Part shown: positions 41,292 to 54,357 of the stretch, one piece after another
Layout of the letters: each line of letters begins with the position of its first letter
How positions within the stretch are numbered: the stretch's first letter is position 1
From: Octopus vulgaris
Taxonomy: Eukaryota
Length of the DNA: 64,000 bases
Reading direction: 5' to 3'
NCBI GenBank assembly: GCA_951406725.2
Contig: OX597822.1
Span: 100,936,001 to 101,000,000, forward strand
Program-made: the position numbers and the translations under genes
The notes under the pieces: model-generated
What the model was told of the DNA's origin: nothing
The model's input: only the letters and a program-made list of their open reading frames with translations
The model's database searches: none

Positions 41292-42059
41292 ACCCACAAA
41301 GGGCAGCTACAAAACAATTTTCAAAATTCAACAGCAATAGTACTTTCAGCAATAAAATTTCTTATAACAATTTCTGCAACTCAACAATATCATAAACTCC
41401 AACTCCGCAAAAAGCAACACTTCAACTACGCACGTGACAATCACCGATTGCCGATGAAAAGTGGGTCCCCTTTGCAAATATATATATATCCTTTTTCCAG
41501 TGACGAAAAGTCACTGATATCGAAAAAGTGTAAATAAGCAATAATAAATCTCTGAACGAGGTATAAACAGTAGCTGCACGACAATGTGAGGTATATTTGT
41601 CACTTAATTGTGGCTAACCACTAAGGGTGGATGCTACAGTAGCTTGTAGCCCCAGGAGGACACCTCCTCCACCTGGCTAATGACACACTTTGTGTACTTC
41701 TTGTGGCTCTGAATTGTTTAAACTCTTATGTCTAAAAATACTGATGCTAACTAGTGCCCTCGGTCACTTTAGTGATATATATATATATATACGCGCACAC
41801 ATATACATATATATACGCACACACACACACATATGTACACAAACACATGCATATGAATATACACATACTTGCATATATGTGGCTGTGGCCATGTTGGGAC
41901 ATTGGTTGATATATGTATGTATGTATGCACGTATGTATGCATGCATGCATGTATGTATGTATGTATGTATGTATGTATGTATGTATGTATGTATGTATGT
42001 ATGTATGTATGTATGTATGTATGTTTGTATGTATGTATGTATGTATGTATGTATGTATG

Positions 42060-42115
<56 letters not shown>

Positions 42116-42231
42116 TATTTTTTTTTACGTGACCGACCAGACCATCAGATGTTGCTACACATCGCTGGTCACAATGCGCTTCACATTGTTTTAGCCTTAA
42201 ATGACGCCACCCCGCTGGCTAAGCGAGCAGG

Positions 42232-42264
<33 letters not shown>

Positions 42265-42266
<2 letters not shown>

Positions 42267-43321
42267 TGATACTTTGATACTTTGATAGGTTTCGGCCATT
42301 ATTGGCCCAGGCCATGTTTAACTTAATAGCACCACCTGGTGAAGTCTTTAAAGTCAGAATTTGGGCACTATGGCCCACTCAAGTAGAGAGTTATTGTTTA
42401 CAGAGACATATCCGGGTGTAGGGGGTTTATCCGGGATTTCTTGAAGGAATCTGTCCAAAGACTTCTTGAACCCTATAGGGTCAGTTTCTGTTTTAACGTG
42501 TTTTGGTGTAATGTTAAAGAGAGCGGGGCCAATTGAGGTGAAATAATTGTGCCGTATTGTTGTTATGAGATGAGAGTGCGATTTTTGTTTTGGGCGGATG
42601 GCACAGGGCCCAAGCCTTGGATGTACCTTAAAGGTGATGCCAACATCATTTGGGCAATGCTGATGGAATATTTTCCACATCATGCAGATGATGTAGCGCT
42701 CACGACGACGTTGGAGAGAATAGAGTTTTAGATTTTCTAGTCGACCCCAATAGTCGAGGCCTGTCATGCCATCTATCTTTTTTGTGATTGCCCTTTGAGG
42801 TGCTTCAACTTTTATGATACCTTGTATTGTGTGGGGAGACCACAGTGGACAACAGTATTCAAGGTGGGGTCGGGCAAAAGTGGAGAAGAGAAGGATAATG
42901 GTGTGGATATCTCTCGACTGGAAAGTTCTGAGAATCCAGGAACACATTCTGCGGGCCATGTCAACTTTGGTGTTTATATGAGTGGCCCAGCTTATGTTGT
43001 TGTCCACAATTACTCCCAAGTCTCTGATGTTGTTGGACGCCGCGAGAGTTTCACCTGAACGAAGGGAGTATGGGAGTTTCAGGGCATCCTCTTTTCCAAA
43101 GTGGATTAGCTCAAATTTATCCTCGTTCAGCAGCATATTGTTTTTTTCTGCCCATTGGATAACAGCCAGTAGATCCTACTGAAGGCATGTCCGGTCACTC
43201 GCCTCATTTATGACCTTCTGTAGCTTGGAGTCATCTGCAAAGATTTTTATGTTGCTGTGCTTGATGATGTCATTAATGTCATTAATGTAAATGATGAAAA
43301 GAAGTGGGCCCAGCACAGTAC
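42265..43321 (-). mobile_element. 3' fragment of a CR1-group LINE including RT C-terminal motifs, with (CAAAGTAT)n tail
   Basis: TVLGPLLFIIYIND...KIFADDSKL...RDLGVIVD...RPHLEYCCPLWSP...SLQRRRER, with one in-frame stop. Confidence 0.92.
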
Positions 43322-44039
43322 ATATATATGTATGTATACCAAACAATGCCCCAGCATTGCCATAATCTTTGAGCTGAAATGCACCGAAGAATAAAAGAAT
43401 GAAGTCCTATGGTATGAAAGGTGAGGTATTTAAGCACCTGAATTCATAAGATTTACGGCCGTTTTGCATGGACCATCTTCATTTAGCATCAATTTTTCTA
43501 CGGAAGAAATGATGAGTACACGCTTACATTAATAGGTGTGCACACTGAAATTAACACTACACGGTCATAATCCTATGAAAATTGTGGTTAAATAAATTTA
43601 CTTTTACCTCATACCCCTTAACTCTATGGTTTTTTATATACCCATGAAGCATTTTCACGAATCGGATCTTCTGGATTCCGAGTAACATGGACGTTCAGCA
43701 TTACACTGTTAGCCGAATCTGTAAGCGGAACTTTCTGCTATAGTAACACGAGTCTATGAATCTTACACCACTCATTTAGAATAGGCAAAAGATAAATTTA
43801 CAGCTTCAGTGTTATACAGATTAAATTTCTATAACTTTATTCCATGTGTTTAGATAGTAAGTCAAATTATAATCATCAATTAGTAGTTATAGTTTGGCTA
43901 AGAGAAGCGGTTTAGATTTCTTAATGATACCAGTTTTAGGAGAAAATATCGTTTTATTAATGTGGAATTAAAATAATAAAGAAAAGATTTTTGACTCAAT
44001 TAATTCACCACCCACCACGATCAACACGACGACGACGAC

Positions 44040-44055
44040 AACCAGCACCACCAGC

Positions 44056-44086
<31 letters not shown>

Positions 44087-44346
44087 CCAGCACCAGCACC
44101 ACCACCACCAGCACCAGCACCACCAGCACCACCAGCACCACCAGCACCACCAGCACCAGCACCACCATCACCACCAACACCACCACCAGCACCAGCACCA
44201 CCACCACCACCAACACCAGCACCAGCACCAGCACCAGCACCAGCACCAGCACCACCACCACTACCACCACCAGCACCAGCACCACCACCACCACCAACAC
44301 CAGCACCAGCACCAGCACCAGCACCAGCACCACCACCACCACCACC

Positions 44347-44377
<31 letters not shown>

Positions 44378-44475
44378 CCAGCACCAGCACCACCACCACC
44401 ACCACCACCAACACCAGCACCAGCACCAGCACCACCACCACCACCACCAACACCAGCACCAGCACCAGCACCAGC

Positions 44476-44506
<31 letters not shown>

Positions 44507-44544
44507 CCACCACCACCACCACCACCACCACCACCACCACCACC

Positions 44545-44575
<31 letters not shown>

Positions 44576-44618
44576 CCACCACCACCAGCACACCAGCACC
44601 ACCAGCACCACCAGCACC

Positions 44619-44649
<31 letters not shown>

Positions 44650-44655
44650 CCTCCA
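44040..44655. repeat. (CCA)n/(CCAGCA)n array
   Basis: Directly visible. Confidence 0.95.
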
Positions 44656-45499
44656 CATCATCGTTGACATCATCGTCATCATCATTATCCTCTTTTAATG
44701 TCTGTCTTTCATATTGGTATTGGTGTCGGGCGCTTTTACAAGATCTGACAGGTCGGAGGAGTGCGTCGTGCTCCAGTGTCTGCTTTGGTTTGATCTCTAT
44801 AGCAGGATGCACTCCCTAGCGTTAACCAAATTAAGGAGTATATTGAGCGCTTTTTTTTGTGGCACCAGCACTCTTGAAGTCGCCATGTAGCTAGCAAGGC
44901 TAAGATTCCCATGGACTGAATGGGGCGATAGTAAAGAGCGAGGCAGCTTTGTCAGGTGATAAAATGTTAGAGTATGAGAAAGGGGCTCGAAACAGGTTTC
45001 ACATTATAAAAGAGTGGGTGAGAGTAAGCGTTGTGGAGCTGGAAAGAGTTAAAGATGGTGGTGACAAGGTGAGTTGTTTAATTTATACTGGAAACAGAGA
45101 ATTTTATTCATATATTGGGTCGGTGTGGGGTAATTATAAAATTCCTCTCCACCCAATTATGCTTACTAACAAAGCAGTTTCATATATTTTACAAAGCTAA
45201 AAGTTGTTCTTTGTGCAACACTACTATATAAAGAAATTTATTTCCCGTTTCATTAATTCAATTCTTTCCACGTTCATAACACGTTGCATTATATAATTCA
45301 GGTTATCGGCGAATAGAATGGCAGTTTTGATGAGTAAAGACACCATCTCCTCCGGCAAGTTATTTCATGTGGTGTTGTGTAAACTTGATTTAAATAATTT
45401 CGTGTTTTGAATCCAGGGAGTATGACATTGTTTAAGCAGATAAACTTAATCCCAAAGTCGCAATGCAGATATTGGATTAAAATTTTGGCACAAAGCCAG

Positions 45500-45893
45500 C
45501 AATTTCTGGGGAGTGGGGAAGTCGATTACATTGACCCCAGTGCTTGTTTTATCGAACTCTGGTGCTTGTTTTATCGAACTCCGAGAAGATGAAAGGGAAA
45601 GTCGACCTCGGCGGTATTTGAACTCTGTGCGAAATTACGCTAAGTACTTTGCCCAGTGTACTAACGATTCTTGTTTCTTTATTGCCCACAAGGGGCTAAA
45701 CACAGAGGAGACAAACAAGGACAGACAAAGGGATTAAGTCGATTACATCGACGCCAGTGCGTAACTGGTATTTAATTTATCGACCCCGAAAGGATGAAAG
45801 GCAAAGTCAACCTCGGCGGAATTTGAACGCGACGGGCGAAATGCCGTTAAGTATGTTGCCCGGTGTGCTAACGATTCTGCCACCTCGCCGCCT
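45500..45893 (-). mobile_element. Two SINE family C copies
   Basis: Homology. Confidence 0.82.
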
Positions 45894-46610
45894 AACAACG
45901 CGCAGGTATTAAATTAAAATAGATACGCTTCAATTAAAAATAAACACGAAAAAGAAAGAAGATAAACAAATGCGAGCCAAATGGGTTCCTATAGACTAGA
46001 AGGACCGGACTTTTTACATACCTTTAAGAACCAGAATGCGGCAATTGACGCAAAGACGCTTTTCAGTTTTAAAGGAAACATTCATCGCAATGCTTTATCG
46101 CACATTTGCCACACACAGGTTCTTACAAAACCCCATACATTTCTGTAGTTCTGTTTCGGCATTTTGCTTTCACACATGTGCGTCTGACTTTATTTCTAGA
46201 GGTAGATATTTCCTCAATAGGGCATTTGATAGTACATGAAGGACCGCGTGGTAAATTACCACAAAGTATTTTTGAATATATTCCCGTTGATTAATGACTT
46301 GAGATGCAAGCAAATGTGTATATCACTGAGCTGTTTATAAGAGTAACTTACAAAATATTATAAAAAAAACCTTGCATTTGCCATCGTCTGCTGCTTGCTT
46401 TGGATGCTACAAAACTTGACTTAAAAGGATTTAAATACTCCTATCAGGTGATGCTATTAAGTTAGACATGGCCTGGATAAATCTTTGGTCGAAACATAAT
46501 TTATACACATATATACATATATGCATATATGCATATATGTATATACATATATATATATATACATATACATATAGACATATACATATATACATATATATAT
46601 ATATATGCAA

Positions 46611-46645
<35 letters not shown>

Positions 46646-47336
46646 TATATAGTCATCAAAAAAGGGGTAGAATTAATTAATTGTTAATAAATTCGACAAT
46701 TAACAATTTATTAACAATTAATTAATACTACTCCTTACTACTCCTTTATATAAATATATATATATACATATATATACATATATACATATACATATATATA
46801 TACATATATACGCGTATACATATATATATATATATACATACATATATATATATATACACACACACATATATATATACATATATATACACACACACATATA
46901 TACATACATATATATATATACATATATATATACATGTATATATATACATATATATATATACATATGTATACATATATATACATATATATATACATATATA
47001 TACATATACATATATATACACACATATATCTATATATACATACATATATATACATATATATATACACACATACACACACACACAGACACACACATATATA
47101 TATACATATATACAAAATCTTATGGTTTAGTTCACAGGTGATCTAAACGATTAGGTACGCTAGGTAAATGCTGTAACGGATTACTAGGGCTCCAAGTTTA
47201 TAGCCGAGACGGTAGTTATGGAGCCATTGCAGATTTCCGATGCAGCGGATATACAACTGTTAAAGAGGACAACAGACGTTGCAGCAAGGCAAAAATCTCA
47301 AGTCATAGACATTATTATTATTAGAAAAAATTCAAA

Positions 47337-47392
47337 GTCTTACGGCTGTTTCTGGGACATCCCAGGGTATGGGATATTCCGTCATCGGAGAC
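47337..47392 (-). ncRNA. Type I hammerhead ribozyme (variant core CCGATGA)
   Basis: Minus strand reads GTCT-CCGATGA-C-GGAATATCCCA-TACCC-TGGGATGTCCC-A-GAAAC-AGCC-GTA-AGAC. Confidence 0.72.
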
Positions 47393-49265
47393 AAGTAGAG
47401 AAAATGAGAATGGTATAGATTAATGAAATGACGACACAGAGGACAAGAGTAAAGGAATAAGAAGATGAAGAGAGGAAAGAAAAGAAAGGAGGAGAGAAAA
47501 GAAAAGGAAAAAAGAGAATTCCTTAGTCCTTTACACCTGTCCTTTATGTCGTCAGTTCCTTAATCTACCGTCCTTCATTTGAAGACAAAGGGCTGCACCT
47601 AGCCCTGATGGAGATGCATCACATTGTAACATTAAACGCTTCTTAGCTGTAGCAAACGCTTTCTGATGTTCAACATTCCACCCCAAAGGGAACCTTTATG
47701 CAATAAGGAATATAAGTGTGTCTGTACTGTTGAAATATTTGGTAAAAAGACGACGATAATGTGATAACGTTTCTACAAATGAGCTTCACTCACTATTGGC
47801 TGCACATTATCACTTCTAATTTGCAAACCATCTTTATTAAGTCGGTAATCAAGATAACAAGCAGAATCACAAAAAACTCACATTTTTCTTCAGTTTTAAT
47901 CCGCTTTTATAAAGACGATCGAGCATGAGAGATAATGTATGATGTTCATCATCGGAACGCCCGGTGATTAGTAAATCATCAAGATATGCACAAGCCCATG
48001 ATATGCACAAGCCATGGCTGCTATTTCCAGCGTGGTAGTATCTCTTAGGTACCCTAAATTATAATTTTAATAGTAATTATTACCTTTGAAGATTTTTATT
48101 CTCATGCTGGCCACCTGATAAGATCAGTATTTAAATAACGTTCTTATGCTTATCTATATAATTTTATATAAATTTATATATTTATTTTGGATCTATACGC
48201 GCAAATATTTGTATGTAGACGTGCGAATCTGCTTTCTACGGTAGGTATATATTTATTTCGTCAATATATTCACTGCGGAGTTGTTTTGACCACATCGCAC
48301 GAGGAATTTTAGGCGGGCAATTTAAACTAGTCGTGTGCATACGTGCATATGTATGTATACATTCGTATATGTAAGTATTCGTATATTGTATATATATGCC
48401 ATCCACACACATACACACACACACAACACCAAGACAACCACACACGCGGTTGACAAACAGACACACCATCCTACCAGATCTTACAGACACACAGACACAC
48501 CACATATGTATGTATGCACACACACATACACACAAAGACACACACACTCATCTCATCCTGACCCCAAAATCATTGATGCTTGAAGGAGAGACAAAACAAG
48601 AAAAAAAGAGTACATTCTTTTCAGTTCCACATTTCTCCTCCTAAAACGGACAGGTCAGTTTTAGCTTCACTACTATTATAATGTAAATCTTTTTGAACTC
48701 ATATTCTGTATGTGTATACTGAACTTTTTTTAATAATTCCTCCTGGAAATTACCTTGAGATGTATAATATATTTGTTTTAATCTTTTCTGCCCATTATTT
48801 CAATGATCTTGTTAAACCTTTTTATATTCTCAACATACTGTTGTCACCAAAGAATGTATATTTATATGGATTATAGTACTCTGTGTCAACCAATATTTTG
48901 TGCATGTTTGAATATACAGATACAATACCAATATCAATTCCTTCTGGAAACTATCTTAAGTATGTCCTTGAGAACGATTATTTATGTAGTAATCTTTTGT
49001 GCCCAATATTTTAAGGAACTTGTTGAACTTATTTATGTCCTTAACATGTCCCTGTTACCAAAGACTGTATATATGTAATGTAGCAATTTGCAACAACCAA
49101 TAATTAACGCAACCAAACTTCTACATGTTACTTTTGACAATCTTTTTCCAAAGAGTGAAACCGGTAAAGTAAATAAACATCTTTTAAATTGCATTTTCAA
49201 ACCTTATTTCGTATATATATATATATATATATATTTATATTTGTATTTATGTGCTATCTGAGTAT

Positions 49266-49324
49266 ATTCCACTGATGAAGGCCGAGCATTTCTTATGCAG
49301 AGTCAGAAATCCGGGATCTGGAAT
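49266..49324 (+). ncRNA. Type I hammerhead ribozyme
   Basis: ATTCCA-CTGATGA-A-GGC..GCAT-TTCTT-ATGC..GTC-A-GAAA-TCCGGG-ATC-TGGAAT, with a perfect 6-bp stem I and an AUC site. Confidence 0.72.
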
Positions 49325-49484
49325 TATCTAGTATTTTTTTTTGCTAGTTTATTTTGTCTCTTTCTCTTCTCTCCTGGTGCTGTATAAACATTTAATGTGG
49401 TTTTCGAGTCATGTTTTGGCTGCTATTTTCAGCGTGGTGGTATCTCTTAGATACCCTAAATTATAATTTTAATAATAATTATAA

Positions 49485-49714
49485 CCTATTTCTTTACTAC
49501 CCACAAGGGGCTAAACACAGAGAGGACAAAGACAGACACACGGATTAAGTTGATTATATCGACCCCAGTGCGTAACTGGTACTTATTTAATCGACCCCGA
49601 AAGGATGAAAGGCAAAGTCGACCTCGGCGGAATTTGAACTCAGAACGTAACGGCAGACGAAATACAGCTACACATTTCGCCCGGCGTGCTAACGATTCTG
49701 CCAGCTCGCCGCCT
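49485..49714 (-). mobile_element. SINE family C, full length
   Basis: Homology; it interrupts a sequence duplicated at 48016-48180. Confidence 0.9.
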
Positions 49715-50270
49715 TCCTTTTAATAATAATAATTACCTTTGAAGGTTTTTATTCCCATGCTGGCCACCTGATAAGATCGCTATTTAAATAACGATCTTAT
49801 ACTTACTTATATAATTTTATATAAATTTATATATATATATGCATTTTGTTGAATTATAGCCAGGCAACTTCGAAAATGTTTTAGTTAGAAAATGAGGAGG
49901 ATGAGTTAAAAATGTTGGAGAGGCACCGCATTAGATGAAATAGTATGAGATATACTCAATTTCAAAAAAAAAAAAAAAAAAAAAAATCGGGCAAGTATCT
50001 TCTACCATAGTCCCCAGCTGATCAATGTCTTGTAAATGAAGCTCGTAATTGGAAACTTTGTAGAAGTTGGTCGTATCTATCTATATCTGTATCTATCTGT
50101 CTGTCTGTCTGTCTATCTATCTATAACATACATATAAGAGGAATGTAATATAATATGTATGTAATATAATTTTTTCTGAAACTTCAGATTTTTCAATATG
50201 CTATTTTCAATATGTTTTAAATTGATATTTTTCAAATTAATATTCAATTTTTCACCCTTATTATTTTAAA

Positions 50271-50436
<166 letters not shown>

Positions 50437-50449
50437 GCTAGCTAGCTAG

Positions 50450-50505
<56 letters not shown>

Positions 50506-50858
50506 ATGTATATAAACAAGCCTCGCGCGCACACACACTCATGTATATGCGTATGCGTGTCTGTGCTTTTGTTTGTCTTTACTCACACCGCTCGACAACC
50601 GGTGTAGGTTTGTTAACGTCCCTGCAACATTGGTGGTTCAGTAAAAGAGTCCGGTAGAAAATGTACCTCACTTAAAAAATTACTAAGTACCGGGGTTCGA
50701 TTTGTTCGATTATTCTTACAAGGTGGTATTCCAGCATAGCCGTAATCCAACGACATAAGGCAGCAAAAATAAAAAATAAAATTAGATTATAAATACAAAA
50801 CTTACGAAATTCTCGATAAATTAATACAAAAGTTTGCTGTAGTTGCCAGAGTGTCTTA

Positions 50859-51231
50859 GGTAGCACTCCGTCGGTTACGACGACGAGGGTTCCGGTTGAT
50901 CCGATCAACGGAACAGCCTGCTCGTGAAATTAACGTGTAAGTGGCTGAGCACTCCACAGACACGTGTACCCTTAACGTAGTTCTCGGGGATATTCAGCGT
51001 GACACAGAGAGTGACAAGACCGGCCCCTTTGAAATACAGGTACAACAGAAACAGGAAGTAAGAGTGAGAGAAAGTTGTGGTGAAATTGTACAGCAGGGAT
51101 CACCACCATCCCTGCCGGAGCCTCATGTGTTTTCGCTCAATAAACACTCACAACGCCCGGTCTGGGAATCGAAACCGCGATCCTACGACCGCGAATCCGC
51201 TGCCCTAACCACTGGGCCATTGCGCCTCCAC
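50859..51231 (-). mobile_element. SINE family B
   Basis: TSD GCCAGAGTGTCTTA at 50845-50858 and 51232-51245. Confidence 0.92.
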
Positions 51232-51827
51232 GCCAGAGTGTCTTACTATAATTTAATTATGTATTTTCGACCCAGTTTTTCTCTTGTCATTCAAATGAAA
51301 TGTTACCTTTTCAATTGTATTTCTATTTGTGTTGATTCACCCAATTTTTTCCCACTTTGCGAGCAGATTTTTTTTTCTTTAAAGTTGATTAGCTTTTTTC
51401 ATTATTGGTAAGACATAATAAAATAATACAAAAAAAATGTCTATTATAGTCTCAACGATATCGGCTAAGTGAAATAAACATCTGACTAAACGTTAGTCAC
51501 GTTCCAAGATGGGGAAAATTCTCTTACTTTATATATATAGCAGGTGGTAAGAGTCATAACCACACAGTCCCCCTCCCCACAAAAAAACAAGGAAAAAAAA
51601 ACAAAGTAAGAAAACGAAAAAGATCAGATATTTCATTAACCTCTTATGTCCGTCTCAATGAACAACAAGGTTCAGCGGAAGAAAGATTGGATTTCAACTG
51701 GGCGTTGTATTGGTAGTGTAGGTAAGAAATTCACTTTGCAACAACGTTGTTCCAAGTTCAATCTCGCTGCACAGCACCTTGAGAAAATGTTTTTTTTTTA
51801 TCACACACACACACTCACACACACACA

Positions 51828-51861
<34 letters not shown>

Positions 51862-51897
51862 CACACACATGCACACGTATATTGGAAAAATAAGGAT

Positions 51898-52298
51898 AGG
51901 CGCAGGAATGGCTGTGTGGTAAGTAGCTTGCTTACGAACCACATGGTTCCGGGTTGAGTCCCACTGCGTGGCTTCTTGGGCAAGTGTCTTCTACTATAGC
52001 CTCGGGCCGTCCAAAGAATTGTGAGTGGATTTGGTAGACGGAAACTGAAAGAGAGCCCGTCGTATATATATATGTATATTTGTGTGTCTGTGATTGTCCC
52101 CCCAACATCGCTTGACAACCGATGCTGGTGTGTTTACGTCCCCGTTACTTAGCGGTTCGGCAAAAAAGAAACCGATAGAATAAGTACTAGGCTTACAAAG
52201 AATAAGTCCTGAGGTCGATTTGCTCCACTAAAGGTGGTGCTCCAGCATGGCCACAGTCAAATGGCTGAAACAAGTAAAGGAGTAAAAGAGTAAAGAGT
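51898..52298 (+). mobile_element. SINE family A
   Basis: Homology. Confidence 0.9.
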
Positions 52299-52429
52299 AT
52301 AAATACAAGTTTATATTAAAGTTCTTACGTACCTTTCTCCTTCATGATTGTTTGGAGTGATGCGGTAGATGTTCCAGATGCATTCCAATAGATGCTGAAC
52401 CACAAGGGGTCTTCAGGGAACGCTTTATT

Positions 52430-52528
52430 GTTCTTCTATAGTTCTTCCGTAGCCTCGGGCCGACCAAAGCCTTTCCAGTGGAGTTGCAAGATGGAAACTG
52501 AAAGAAGCTCGTCGTCTACTTTCTCTTT

Positions 52529-52592
<64 letters not shown>

Positions 52593-52800
52593 CTATATAT
52601 ATATATCTATATATATATATATATATGTACATATATATATCGTTATATGTGTGTGTATGTTTGTATTTGCATGCCACCATCCACGCTTGACAACCGGTAG
52701 TAGTGTGTTTACGTCACCGTAACTTAGCGGTTCGGCAAAAAAACCCCGATAAATTAAGCACAAGGCTTAACAAAAATTAAGTCCTGGAGTGGATTTGTTA
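52430..52800 (+). mobile_element. Diverged SINE family A
   Basis: Homology. Confidence 0.7.
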
Positions 52801-53017
52801 GTCCATCTAAAGTCACATGAGTGGAAAATAAAGATGATCGAATTTTTGCCTGTGTATATATGCGTGTATATATATGTGTGTGTGCGTGTGTATTTCATCA
52901 TTGTTATAATTCCATTTGATTAAGTATAATTTTCGATCACCACATGAAGTATAAAAGTCTGTCCTTAACTATATTTGTAAAGAGAAGTGTCTAGGTGTCG
53001 CATGACTGTATTATACG

Positions 53018-53302
53018 AAAAACGTCGCCCTTTTCAAGCCTAGCCACGTTCACGGGCCCGGTTTCCTGGTTTCTGTGGCGTATGTGTTCTCCCGCAGCGT
53101 TACTCAAGAAACAGGAAGAGATAGTGAGAGAAAGTTGTGGCGAAAGAGTACAACAGGGGTCGCCACCACCCTCTGCCGGAGCCTCGTGGAGCTTTTAGGT
53201 GTTTTCGCTCAATAAACACACACAACGCCCGGTCAGGGAATCGAAACCGCAATCCTCCGACCGCGAGTCCACTTCCCTAACCACTGAGCCATTGCGCCTC
53301 AA
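53018..53302 (-). mobile_element. SINE family B variant with a third type of tail
   Basis: TSD CATGACTGTATTATACG at 53001-53017 and 53303-53319. Confidence 0.88.
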
Positions 53303-53734
53303 CATGACTGTATTATACGTATGAAAAATTAAAGCCAAGCGGTGGTGTTTATCTACGTCGAAGAAGCGCAAATGGGGTAACATCTACATTGAAGCTTGGT
53401 TATTTATAAGTAATACTGAGCATGCCGTTAATGCATAAAGGGGAAAATGTAGGAGACATAACCAAAATTTGATATATATACGAGTTGAGATGTAATACAG
53501 ATTGAAGAGAAAAAAAAAATGAAAAAGAAAGGTGTCTACATTCATTCTACTTTCTGGAAGGAAATTTCTTATTTAAAAGATGAAAATGTGAAATGAGATC
53601 AAGGTCATTTTCGTGTCTGGTATTACATTGTTCAGCATCTTCTTTTAACAAAGTAAAATGTTGAGGGAGATTTGGCGGCTATTTCTAGTGGAGTGAACGA
53701 CTTGTACAGGCTCTCTGCTGACTCCATGTTTTGT

Positions 53735-53885
53735 CTTCTTCTTCTTCTTCTTCTTCTTCTTCTTCTTCTTCTTCTTCTTCTTCTTCTTCTTCTTCTTCTT
53801 CTTCTTCTTCTTCTTCTTCTTCTTCTTCTTCTTCTTCTTCTTCTACTATTTCTTCTTCTTCTTCTTCTTTGTTCTTCTTCTTCTT
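53735..53885. repeat. (TTC)n array
   Basis: Directly visible. Confidence 0.97.
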
Positions 53886-54169
53886 CCAATCAGGACTCAC
53901 GCCATTAGCCACAAAGAATAATCTCTAATTCGAGCCTACTCAAAGCTACTAAGAATGCGTATGGCAACTTGAAGGTCCACCCACCACACGCGATAGACTG
54001 GCGGTTGCACGGGCGCGAAAGCTACGTTATCTTCATTCCGTAACGGTGACTTTTAACGGGTGGAGAGCTGAACCATCCTGGGGTACAGAAGATTCGCAAT
54101 CTAGACTAGGGTCTGAAAGTTTACCACACCATAGTGGGTTACACCATGGTTCCTCTGCTTTGTGGTAGA

Positions 54170-54357
54170 AATAGGAAGAAAGAGTGAGAGAAAGTTGTGG
54201 GGAAAGAGTACAGCGGGGTTTACCACCTTCCCCTGCCGGAGTCTCGTGGAGCTTAGGTGTTTTTGCTCAATAAACACTTACAATGCCCGGTCTGGGAATC
54301 GAAACCGCGTTCTTACGACCGTGAGTCCGCTGCCTTAACCACTGGGCCATTGCGCCT
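54170..54357 (-). mobile_element. SINE family B 5' part
   Basis: Homology. Confidence 0.82.

Larger units (their letters stand above)
38904..41433 (-). mobile_element. ORF1-only non-LTR retroposon (HAL1-like, L1/Tx1-type ORF1) with 16-bp TSD and two nested SINEs
   Basis: TSD GTGACAATCACCGATT at 38888-38903 and 41434-41449. AATAAA lies near the minus-strand 3' end. No RT or endonuclease is visible inside. Confidence 0.75.

Noticed and set aside
43968-44812. Long Pro/Ala-, Gly- or Val-rich ORFs
   Set aside because: They are translations of a (CCA)/(CCAGCA) microsatellite, open in several frames, with no splice or domain evidence.
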